NCBI GenBank assembly: GCA_048938295.1
Contig: JBHLMI010000004.1
Coordinates: forward strand, 90,001-122,000
From: Promethearchaeota archaeon
Lineage (GTDB): Archaea > Asgardarchaeota > Hermodarchaeia > Hermodarchaeales > Hermodarchaeaceae
Length of the DNA stretch: 32,000 bases
Direction: 5' to 3'
Part shown: positions 17,426 to 25,666 of the stretch, piece after piece
Layout of the letters: each line of letters opens with the position of its first letter
How positions within the stretch are numbered: position 1 is the first letter of the stretch
The notes under the pieces: model-generated
What the model saw: the letters and a program-made list of their open reading frames with translations, nothing else
What the model was told of the DNA's origin: nothing
The model's database searches: none
Position numbers and translations under genes: made by a program

Positions 17426-18460
17426 TGCAACTGCATAGTCAAGGGCCGGTTCACAGGCGGCCCCACACAATGGCATATAGCCAAGGTGTCTCTCGACTTT
17501 CCGAGCAATATTAATGGCACCATTAAGGTCCGCATTGTACTCCCCGCATTCTGGACATCGAAACCGTGCCTGAGTGGGACGCACTCCACGTCGACCACAC
17601 ACGTGACAGGTGACGCTGGTATAGGCCTCGTTCACCAAGACCACTGGGATACCCCGCATCATCGCTTTGTAGATGATCATGCGTGTCAGCCGATGATAGG
17701 GCATAGTGCCGATAATTCTCTGCAGCCGTTTGCCCTTCGTCGTAGTTGTCCGCCGGATACCGGTAAGGTCACCCATCGCAATCCATGCCATGGTCAGTTC
17801 AGCCAGCTCCACGATTTCCTTGCTTATCCGGTGGAGGACGGCGTCGACTCGCCGCTTCTCCCTGTCACGAAGGCGCTTGACAACCCGCGTCAGGCCACGT
17901 TCTTGCAACCGCCGGCGTAGCCATGCGTGATGCCGTCTAATCCTCCGGACCTCTCGTCCGAGAAACCTTGGTCGTGTTATACAGCTGTTTTGCAGCAGCA
18001 CCGTTGCTGCAATGATACGCTCGCCAAGATCCACGCCAAGCACAGATTTACCTCTGCGAAGAGGCGGGGCATTAAACGTGAACACCAAGTTCACGTAGAA
18101 CTTCCCCTGTTTACGAAGCAGTTTGCTCTCGCTCAGTTCAGCGTCTTTTGGAAACGCTCTATGAGGGAGTATGGGGATACGGAGTCCTCCCCGTTGCCCA
18201 TATACGCGGATTCGTAGGAACCAGAAGGTCTTTGCTTTGTGGAGGTCGATGAGGTCCTGCCGGAGAGAGAGGGGATACTCTTTCCCCGGTTTGGGTTGCT
18301 TGTAGTATCGTGCAGCCTGTTGACGGTTGGCGGAATAGAGCTTCACCCCTGTGTCTCCTTGAAGGAATCGTTGGAGGTTGTCATATTCTGCGTCCAAGAG
18401 AGCTCTTTTTCTCTTTGTGAGTCTGACCACGCCGCATTTGACGGCCAGCCGCATCTGCAT
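17423..18460 (-). CDS. tnpB: RNA-guided endonuclease TnpB with rearranged RuvC-II (solo, no TnpA)
   Basis: RuvC-I VLGVDLG; RuvC-II position IAMGDL (G for E) with alternative E in VNEAYTS; Zn finger CHVC/CPEC; RuvC-III NADLNGAINI. Confidence 0.92.
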   Translation of the reverse strand: MQMRLAVKCGVVRLTKRKRALLDAEYDNLQRFLQGDTGVKLYSANRQQAARYYKQPKPGKEYPLSLRQDLIDLHKAKTFWFLRIRVYGQRGGLRIPILPHRAFPKDAELSESKLLRKQGKFYVNLVFTFNAPPLRRGKSVLGVDLGERIIAATVLLQNSCITRPRFLGREVRRIRRHHAWLRRRLQERGLTRVVKRLRDREKRRVDAVLHRISKEIVELAELTMAWIAMGDLTGIRRTTTTKGKRLQRIIGTMPYHRLTRMIIYKAMMRGIPVVLVNEAYTSVTCHVCGRRGVRPTQARFRCPECGEYNADLNGAINIARKVERHLGYMPLCGAACEPALDYAVA

Positions 18461-18493
18461 ACATTTGAGGTTACAACTTTTGCTAAAAACTCA

Positions 18494-18871
18494 TCAAAAT
18501 AATTTTGAGAGCTGTTTTGCTGCTTGTTCCACCAACAGCAAAATCGCGCCTAAATGCTGCCGCTTAAACACCGCTACCAACACCATATCCTCATTCACGC
18601 CATGCAAGATGAGACTTCCGCCCTCCGTATCCAGGATAATTCGTGCGGGTGTCACGGTGAATAGCTTATCCGACAAATCCACCGACACATTTAGCAATGT
18701 CGCCAGACTCGCGGAGAGGAAGGTTTCATCAACGTGGACCCGAATCCGAGCTGTCACAGGCAATCCAGTCTTCATTAGCAGCACAACGCCCACAAGCCCC
18801 CCAGCGCGCTCGTCAAACTCCTCTAGCACCTGCTCAACATCTTCCATCAGACGGTACGCTTCAGCAGTCAT
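18494..18871 (-). CDS. Roadblock/LC7 (MglB-like) protein
   Basis: 125 aa, GLVGVVLLMKTGLPV, central helix, RIILDTEGGSLIL, LGAILLLVEQAAKQL pattern. Confidence 0.85.
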   Translation of the reverse strand: MTAEAYRLMEDVEQVLEEFDERAGGLVGVVLLMKTGLPVTARIRVHVDETFLSASLATLLNVSVDLSDKLFTVTPARIILDTEGGSLILHGVNEDMVLVAVFKRQHLGAILLLVEQAAKQLSKLF

Positions 18872-18965
18872 GCAAGCAACCCCTGAACACCCTAACCACC
18901 CAATCCTTGAAAAGACCTGTGGTTAGGAGTCTAAGTTAACTCCAAAAAACTACAGAGCTACCAAC

Positions 18966-19000
18966 AAAGAAAAATGGTGTGTCGGAAAGACCCGACACCA
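18966..19000 (-). terminator. Hairpin plus T-tract terminator after trxA
   Basis: Minus strand TGGT-GTCGG-gtcttt-CCGAC-ac-ACCA followed by TTTTTCTTT. Confidence 0.6.
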
Positions 19001-19014
19001 CGTAGAATCAACAC

Positions 19015-19332
19015 TTAAAGAATTGCAGCAAGTTCCTTTTCAATCTCTTCCCGCGGCCACACACCAACATGCGTGGTGACCGGCTCCCCATTTTGAAATA
19101 AGATCAGCGTTGGAATTGCACGGATCTGATATTTCATCGATGTTTCTGGCGCCTGATCTGCATCAATCTTGGCAATCCGCACCCGACCCTTATCCAACCC
19201 CTTCTCCAAACTCTCCAAAATTGGTGCCTGCATCTTACATGGGCCACACCAAACGGTGTAGATGTCTAGTATCACGATTTCGTGTTCGTTAAGAAATGCG
19301 TCGATGGTTGTGTCGGTTAATTGTTCAACCAT
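19015..19332 (-). CDS. trxA: Thioredoxin
   Basis: WCGPC active site, KIDAD, IRAIPTL cis-Pro loop, FQNG. Confidence 0.95.
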   Translation of the reverse strand: MVEQLTDTTIDAFLNEHEIVILDIYTVWCGPCKMQAPILESLEKGLDKGRVRIAKIDADQAPETSMKYQIRAIPTLILFQNGEPVTTHVGVWPREEIEKELAAIL

Positions 19333-19410
19333 GGTAGTTGTCTCCGTGATTCGCCATCAATCTTGTTACCGATTGAAAAGCCTTGTGCACTTTCCGTTAT
19401 TGTTAATGCG

Positions 19411-19929
19411 CTATGCGTTTTCGAGGAGCGTAGTGATGTTGAGACCTTTTCCGATGTCTCCGAGGTAGCGGATGAAGCTAATGAAGAGCTGATCAAGTCC
19501 AAGACCGCGGTTGGCTTGGGTAGGGAATACGGGGGCTCGGATCTTCATGAGGCTCTCGATTTGTTTGGGATGAATTGCCCCTGGTAGGTCTTGTTTGTTA
19601 GCAGCTACAGCGACAGGAGGATGATTTGGACCAAAGATTTCAAAGAGGTAGCGTTCGGCTTGGACGAGGGTGTGGGGGTTGGCGCTGTCGACGACGAGGA
19701 TGACACCGTCGGTGCCGCTGGAGAGCGCTTTGCGAACGAGACCGAAGTGTTGGAGTCCTGGGCTGCCGAACAGGTGGGCCTTGAATTCTTGGTATTCAAG
19801 AGTGCCGAAGTCGAGGCAGACGGTGCAGCCGTTGACTTCGGTGGAGATGGCGTGGTTGGTGACCTGTTTGATGAGCGTAGTTTTGCCGACGCCTTGAGGT
19901 CCAATGACCAGAAGTTTCAGATGCCGCAT
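19411..19929 (-). CDS. Small GTPase, MglA/CvnD-like (ATP/GTP-binding protein)
   Basis: G1 GPQGVGKTT, switch I TVCLDFG, G3 FGSPG, G4 ANKQD, G5 TQA. ATG 19929 preferred over TTG 19944. Confidence 0.9.
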   Translation of the reverse strand: MRHLKLLVIGPQGVGKTTLIKQVTNHAISTEVNGCTVCLDFGTLEYQEFKAHLFGSPGLQHFGLVRKALSSGTDGVILVVDSANPHTLVQAERYLFEIFGPNHPPVAVAANKQDLPGAIHPKQIESLMKIRAPVFPTQANRGLGLDQLFISFIRYLGDIGKGLNITTLLENA

Positions 19930-20292
19930 GGAGCCACTCCGCAATGATTAAGCCGTTGGTTGTGTGGTCTTAAGCCTTAAGGTTTGTGTTTTCCCGTGTT
20001 TTCTACGCCCTCCAGTGATATGTGATTGAAAGTGGAGCGCTGGAAATCCGCGCGGTTGCCGCAATGACTGGGGCTGTGGAGGGATGTTGAGGTTAAGAAG
20101 ATTGGACTAATTCATGCGATGAGGAGGGGAGGGAAATATTGGGATAGGAGGGAGTTCCGGGTTCCTCAACATCCTATCTCTGCGATTTTCGGTATTTGAG
20201 GTTTTTGTCGGCTCTTTACTATTAAGCCTTACGGCTCATAGAACCCCACAGAATGGGAGTATTCAGCAAAATGATGGCAAGATTGAGATGAA

Positions 20293-20622
20293 TTACTCTT
20301 CCACATATACAACTGTGACATATTCTATGATGGCAAATCGGTCCTTGCCCCGGGAGATGAGCTTCAAATCCGCCCGAAGTGCGTTGAGATGGAGGAATCG
20401 CTTAATATAAGTTCGGAGCTGAGTTTTGCTGGGATAGTTGGGAAAATCACTGCGAACATAGACTTCCGTATCAGACACCGTTACGGTGATATCCTTGGCA
20501 AGTTTTTCACTTAGGAAATTCACCATGGCTGTGCCAAGTTCCCCTCCGTGCGAAATCATCTCTTTGATTTCAATGGTAAGGAAAGTCTTGGCCGACTCCG
20601 GCTCTGCGGCAGTTTTTGACAT
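20293..20622 (-). CDS. rpl22e: Ribosomal protein eL22 (L22e), eukaryotic signature protein
   Basis: PSKTQLRTYIKRFLHLNALRADLKLISRGKDRFAIIEY aligns without gaps to eukaryotic eL22 [38 protein letters not shown] (recalled from memory); acidic C-terminus. Confidence 0.75.
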   Translation of the reverse strand: MSKTAAEPESAKTFLTIEIKEMISHGGELGTAMVNFLSEKLAKDITVTVSDTEVYVRSDFPNYPSKTQLRTYIKRFLHLNALRADLKLISRGKDRFAIIEYVTVVYVEE

Positions 20623-20684
20623 CGAGAGGATCCCCCAAAAGATAGGATGATGCCCTAACCAAAAGCAAGCCCCTTAAAAAGTCT

Positions 20685-20770
20685 CCGTTCCCCGAATCTA
20701 ACAAGAATTTAGGAAATTCTAAGTTCGGTTCCTGCTTCATCGACGGGCACTGCCCGAAGGCTGCAACCTC
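20685..20770 (-). mobile_element. IS607-like right end / omegaRNA region of TnpB-2
   Basis: Minus strand GCAGTGCCCGTCGATGAAGCAGGAACCGAAC...TTAGATTCGGGGAACGG, matching the IS607-type right-end pattern that ends in AACGG. Confidence 0.65.
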
Positions 20771-21944
20771 CCACCTCTAGACAGGCGTTTTGCGTCTCCG
20801 TGGAACTCACGGCGACAGCTACTAGATTATAACTTGCATTCAAATCTCTATCGATTTCCAATCCACAGTATTCGCATTTGAAGATCCGAGTTGAAAGCGA
20901 AAGTTCGCTTTTTGTAGTTCCGCATTTAGAACATCTTTTTGTTGATGGAAAAAATCTAGAAACAATAAAGATATCCGAGCCATACCATTCTGACTTGTAT
21001 TCCAATTGTTGCCGAATTTTGTTAAAGCATGCTTCAGTTACTGATTTCGCTATTGAATGACATTCCTGCATTCTTCTGACAGAAAGATTTTCAATTGCTA
21101 TCACTGACTTGGTTTTCGTCAAATACGTGGTAGCTTTATGAATAACATCTCCTCTGATATTAGCTATACGCGAATGCAACTCTTGTAACTGCAATACTAT
21201 TTTTCTTCTATTACTACTCCCTTTCCGTTTTCTTTCTAATGACCGTTGGGTACGTTTCAACTTACGTTCATATCTTGAAAGTACTTTTGGATTCTGAATA
21301 ATTGTTCCGTCAGATACCGTAGCAAGGTTTCTAACACCAAGATCCACACCTACAATGCTACCTTTATTCTTCGACACTTTGATTTCCTCTTTAACCTGGA
21401 GCGATACAAACCAACGTCCGGCTTTTTCTGACACAGTTGCAGAAAGAACATGGACTCTATCATCCATATGAGGTAAGTAATCTCGTTCCTTCAATCTAAG
21501 TAGTCCTAAGCGAGGTAATTGAATTGAACTGTGAAAAACACGGATGACTCCAGTTAATCTAAATGAGCCCCTCCCTCTTTTTCTTGATTTGAATTTTGGG
21601 AAACCAGGGTTTTCTTTTTTCTTAATTCGGCGAAAAAAATGACGAAAAGCATAATCGAGATTTCTTAAGGCTTCCTGAGGAGCACACTTTGAAACTTCAT
21701 ACATCCAAGGAAATTCAGTCTTTTTAAGTTGGTTTAACTCGCGATGCAAGTCCATTGCACTTGGCATTTTCCCAATTCGTTCGTATTCCTCTATCTTCCG
21801 TTGAAGGCCCCAATTGAAAGCAAAGCGGGCACAACCTACGTGTTTAATGCAAAGACACTTTTGGATGTTGTTTAATTCTAGTTCAGTTTTGTAGGCTCGA
21901 AAAATTGTCTTTCTTCCAGATTTGCCTAATTCAGATCCAGCCAT
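20709..21944 (-). CDS. tnpB: RNA-guided endonuclease TnpB, IS607-associated type (solo, no TnpA in window)
   Basis: HTH_OrfB-like RAYKTEL..GCARFAFNWGL; RuvC D (VGVDLG), E (IAIENL) and D (DRDLNAS) intact; Zn finger CSKC/CEYC. Visibly AT-richer than its flanks. Confidence 0.95.
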   Translation of the reverse strand: MAGSELGKSGRKTIFRAYKTELELNNIQKCLCIKHVGCARFAFNWGLQRKIEEYERIGKMPSAMDLHRELNQLKKTEFPWMYEVSKCAPQEALRNLDYAFRHFFRRIKKKENPGFPKFKSRKRGRGSFRLTGVIRVFHSSIQLPRLGLLRLKERDYLPHMDDRVHVLSATVSEKAGRWFVSLQVKEEIKVSKNKGSIVGVDLGVRNLATVSDGTIIQNPKVLSRYERKLKRTQRSLERKRKGSSNRRKIVLQLQELHSRIANIRGDVIHKATTYLTKTKSVIAIENLSVRRMQECHSIAKSVTEACFNKIRQQLEYKSEWYGSDIFIVSRFFPSTKRCSKCGTTKSELSLSTRIFKCEYCGLEIDRDLNASYNLVAVAVSSTETQNACLEVGGCSLRAVPVDEAGTELRIS

Positions 21945-22031
21945 ACATTACAAAACTATAAGAAATTAGTATTTAGACTAAGAGGCACCTCTGGATAAGT
22001 GATTCAGACGAAGAATTTAACGATTATTAGA

Positions 22032-22685
22032 CTAAATTAGATTCTCCTCTTCGTCACGCACTGGATTTTCAGAGTCGACGGAACTAGCCTTAATGGGGAG
22101 TGGTGGAGGATTGTCTTCGCGGAGGGCATGGCGGTGCGCTCGCCAGCGGATGATTCGGGGGGCTATAGCGCCGAAGCCTAGGGTGTAACCACTGTAAAGG
22201 ACGACAACGAGGAGGTAATAAATGACGTTGAAGGAAGAGAGCACAAATCCGACGGCATAGCCCAACAGAAAGCCGGTAAGAGCACGTATAGGATTTCGGC
22301 CCTCACGCATCTGCAGCGTCTGGGTGGACCAATCAACGACTGCAGGTAAGCTGAGAAGAAAGGCGCCAAAGAAGGTTAAGGGATTAAGTGGAATGTAAAT
22401 GACGACAATGTGGATGTAAAGGGCTAAAATGATTCCAACGAGGAGGGCAGAGCATCGCGCGCAAATGTGGAGGGTGTGACCGCGAAAGGTGATAGACCAA
22501 GTCCGATGCATGTAAGGTGGATCGTGGTGGCTAATGAGCAGGTGAAGGGTATCCAGTAGTCGTCGTTTCCGTGATTTGCGGGGTGGTTGGTCAGTCACGT
22601 TGACACCAGCTATTTTTAGCTGTACACGGTAATTAGGGATTAAAAAACCATTACTCAACCTAGAGTTCTTGTATGAGAATAACAT
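22032..22685 (-). CDS. DUF2085-like membrane protein
   Basis: HR..(HI)CARC..G motif, DWSTQ..R..NPIRALTGFLLG, several TM helices. The true start is probably downstream (GTG, VTDQPP). Confidence 0.7.
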   Translation of the reverse strand: MLFSYKNSRLSNGFLIPNYRVQLKIAGVNVTDQPPRKSRKRRLLDTLHLLISHHDPPYMHRTWSITFRGHTLHICARCSALLVGIILALYIHIVVIYIPLNPLTFFGAFLLSLPAVVDWSTQTLQMREGRNPIRALTGFLLGYAVGFVLSSFNVIYYLLVVVLYSGYTLGFGAIAPRIIRWRAHRHALREDNPPPLPIKASSVDSENPVRDEEENLI

Positions 22686-22696
22686 GTATGGTGTAG

Positions 22697-23092
22697 GTGA
22701 ATCCTCTGTCCGCTTCAGATCTTCTCATCGCCGCGATTGGAGTCATTTTGAGAGATAAGAGACTATGGATTCACGAATCAGCTCAGTCAAGTCTTGAGCT
22801 TCCCGGATATATCGTCGCAAAGAGCCAAGAGGCTGTGATCCACCTGAACAGATTCCTATCTGAGCTAGGCTTACAAGACCTGCCACAAGAATCTCTTTAC
22901 CTCACGGCGGTGAACATTGACCAGAAACCGAGCCGAAAAGCAACCGCTTTAGTAAGGATAATCCGGTTTGTCAAAAAACCTGAATTTGAGCTGCCCAACC
23001 ATCGTTGGGCAACTCTAGGGGAACTGTTAGAAAATGAACAGGCATCCTCCTTAACGAAAGCGGTCGCCAGTCGGCTAATTGTAGCCCATTAA
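22697..23092 (+). CDS. Nudix-fold protein with degenerate Nudix box
   Basis: AAIGVILRDKRLWI..LELPG..LNRFLSELGL follows Nudix topology but lacks the REUxEE glutamates; HRWATLGEL-type C-terminus. Confidence 0.5.
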   Translation: MNPLSASDLLIAAIGVILRDKRLWIHESAQSSLELPGYIVAKSQEAVIHLNRFLSELGLQDLPQESLYLTAVNIDQKPSRKATALVRIIRFVKKPEFELPNHRWATLGELLENEQASSLTKAVASRLIVAH

Positions 23093-23580
23093 GCGTCAAT
23101 GAGTATCCGAAGGAGTTCTACACTGAAGTACCCCTTAGCGCGGAGCTCCTCTAAAGGAGTGTGGAGTTTGATTGTCACGTAAGAGGCTTCACCGGTCGCA
23201 CCCACCATCTTCTTGTAAGTTTTCTTGAACTCCGCCAGTGAAGAAGTCATTGCTAAATCCCCAGCAGCTGCCTCTGACATCCGGATGAAGACATCAGTGT
23301 TAACACTTCGTTCCAGTGATAAACTCATGGGGGCTACGCCCTCCTTCTTCATTAGAAGTGGTTCGCCACCGACAATCAGCTGTAATGTGGTGTCCTTGAT
23401 TGCTTTTGTTTTGGCACTGATTTCGGGATCCGCTAAGAGATCATCGAGTCGTTGAATGTAGGCGTCTACGGGATTGACCATTGAGACTAGCGAACTTTCT
23501 GGCAGACCTGAGCTTTCAGTTTCGGAGTCCTTTGAAACTTGCTCGGGGGCATCCGTTTTCTTTCGTTTAAACCATCGCAT
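23089..23580 (-). CDS. Hypothetical protein, possible SCP2 (sterol-carrier-like) fold
   Basis: Helix, then TLQLIVGG, strand, and DVFIRMSEAAAGDL, which resembles SCP2 topology; basic N-terminus MRWFKRKK. Confidence 0.4.
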   Translation of the reverse strand: MRWFKRKKTDAPEQVSKDSETESSGLPESSLVSMVNPVDAYIQRLDDLLADPEISAKTKAIKDTTLQLIVGGEPLLMKKEGVAPMSLSLERSVNTDVFIRMSEAAAGDLAMTSSLAEFKKTYKKMVGATGEASYVTIKLHTPLEELRAKGYFSVELLRILIDA

Positions 23581-23761
23581 CTTCTTTCATTCCAAGGCTA
23601 TTCTCAAAACACGGTTGGATATATTGAGAAAACGATGGGAGCCATAAAAGCATGCCGGGATGAAAGTACTAGGTACGATTAAGGGAGAGGAAAACGCAGA
23701 AGCTTAACGGTGAGAGCGGACTTTATAACCATCGCCACGTAATACCCCTCAGTGACTCTCC

Positions 23762-24058
23762 ATGACGAAAGTAACTGAAATCGTTCACTTCTTCGAACAA
23801 AAAGTCTCATCCGTTCTCAGTGTAGATGGGTTCCCACCTGAATTGAAGAAGGATAGATTCGTGAAAGAAGGTGGCTTCTGGCTTCGTGTGGCTGATGGCG
23901 AAGGTAATGCTCAGACTATCAAGCTAAGCGATACCGAAATGACTAATCTTCTACAAGACATTAAACTCGCTCTAAAGAAGCACCGTGAACTAAAATTGAA
24001 ACTATTTGCAGATATTGATCAGAGGGAACGCTCTGCATCTGGTAAAGATCGCGACTAG
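23762..24058 (+). CDS. Hypothetical protein
   Basis: 98-aa ORF with TATA-like CTTTATAA at about 23720 and a natural composition. Confidence 0.65.
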   Translation: MTKVTEIVHFFEQKVSSVLSVDGFPPELKKDRFVKEGGFWLRVADGEGNAQTIKLSDTEMTNLLQDIKLALKKHRELKLKLFADIDQRERSASGKDRD

Positions 24059-24064
24059 TCCGAT

Positions 24065-24841
<777 letters not shown>

Positions 24842-24904
24842 TCACCCATAGATTTTTAGTAAAAATCATAGCGAGGGGAAAGAAACTCACAAGGATGTGA
24901 TGCA

Positions 24905-25300
24905 ATGTCAACAAATGAACAAATGCTAGAAGAATTACGGCAAATTCGTGAAGCTTTGGTTCCCAAACCGCCGCCACCACCAGAAAAGCAAGGGCTTTGG
25001 CAGGAATTCAAAGATTTCCTCGACCAATACAAGGTCATGGGACTTGCTGTAGCATTCATCATGGGCCTTTACCTTGGCAGACTCGTGCAAGCTCTTGTGA
25101 CTGCCTGGATAACACCTATCATCAACCAAATCCTACTAGTTTTGGGATTATTGAGTTTGGCCACCGTCGAGCTGAATCCAAGTGCTTATCCACTCACCTT
25201 CAATCCAACACTGTTCATCAGTGAATTCATAACCTTCCTAATTGTCGCCGTTGTCATCTTCATTCTAGTTAAATTTACTAAGCGCATAGGAATCAAGTAA
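24905..25300 (+). CDS. mscL: Large-conductance mechanosensitive channel
   Basis: EFKDFL..VMGLAVAFIMG..LVQALV..ITPII (TM1) and FISEFITFLIVAVVIF (TM2). Confidence 0.85.
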   Translation: MSTNEQMLEELRQIREALVPKPPPPPEKQGLWQEFKDFLDQYKVMGLAVAFIMGLYLGRLVQALVTAWITPIINQILLVLGLLSLATVELNPSAYPLTFNPTLFISEFITFLIVAVVIFILVKFTKRIGIK

Positions 25301-25666
25301 CTCAGAACCATTTGAGCTACTCCTCATTACTAAGGAGTGAGAGCTACCAGGTTGTAAATAACTCTGAATTCTATATTCGGCTAACAGAGCCTCAGCAGTT
25401 CATAGAACCAGGTGTATTAAGGCTTGATTCATTTATTTTAATGCCAAAAAAGCCACTATATCCTTGTTTTCGGATTCATAGACATATTACGTCTTCATTT
25501 AATGTATGATTTCTCATTATCCCTCATTTCTTCCTTACAACCGAATATTCGAGGATATATAAGAAACGTAGCGAAGTTTACCATTCAAATTTCGCTAGAT
25601 TCGTTTTTATCTAATCATTAGGGTTGCTAAAACGAAATTTGCTCATAAAAATAGGAGCATTCAGCA

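Noticed and set aside
17423-18460. TnpB-1 as catalytically dead, or as a Cas12f with a CRISPR array
   Set aside because: The missing Glu is compensated by the alternative Glu, and there is no repeat-spacer array in the window.
18378-19947. Plus-strand ORFs (18378-18926, 19591-19947, 19605-19904, 19670-19897)
   Set aside because: They are shadows of well-supported minus-strand genes in GC-rich sequence, with no motifs.
17392-21944. Composite transposon formed by the two co-oriented tnpB elements carrying rpl22e/GTPase/trxA/roadblock
   Set aside because: The two TnpBs have different end types and RuvC layouts (IS1341-like versus IS607-like), there is no tnpA, and the cargo looks like core genome. 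Independent insertions are simpler.
20709-21944. TnpB-2 as a nuclease-dead TldR-type repressor
   Set aside because: All three RuvC acidic residues (D, E, D) are intact.
25312-25509. 65-aa ORF after mscL
   Set aside because: No recognisable motif or good start; it overlaps a small hairpin (25319-25338) and an AT-rich spacer.
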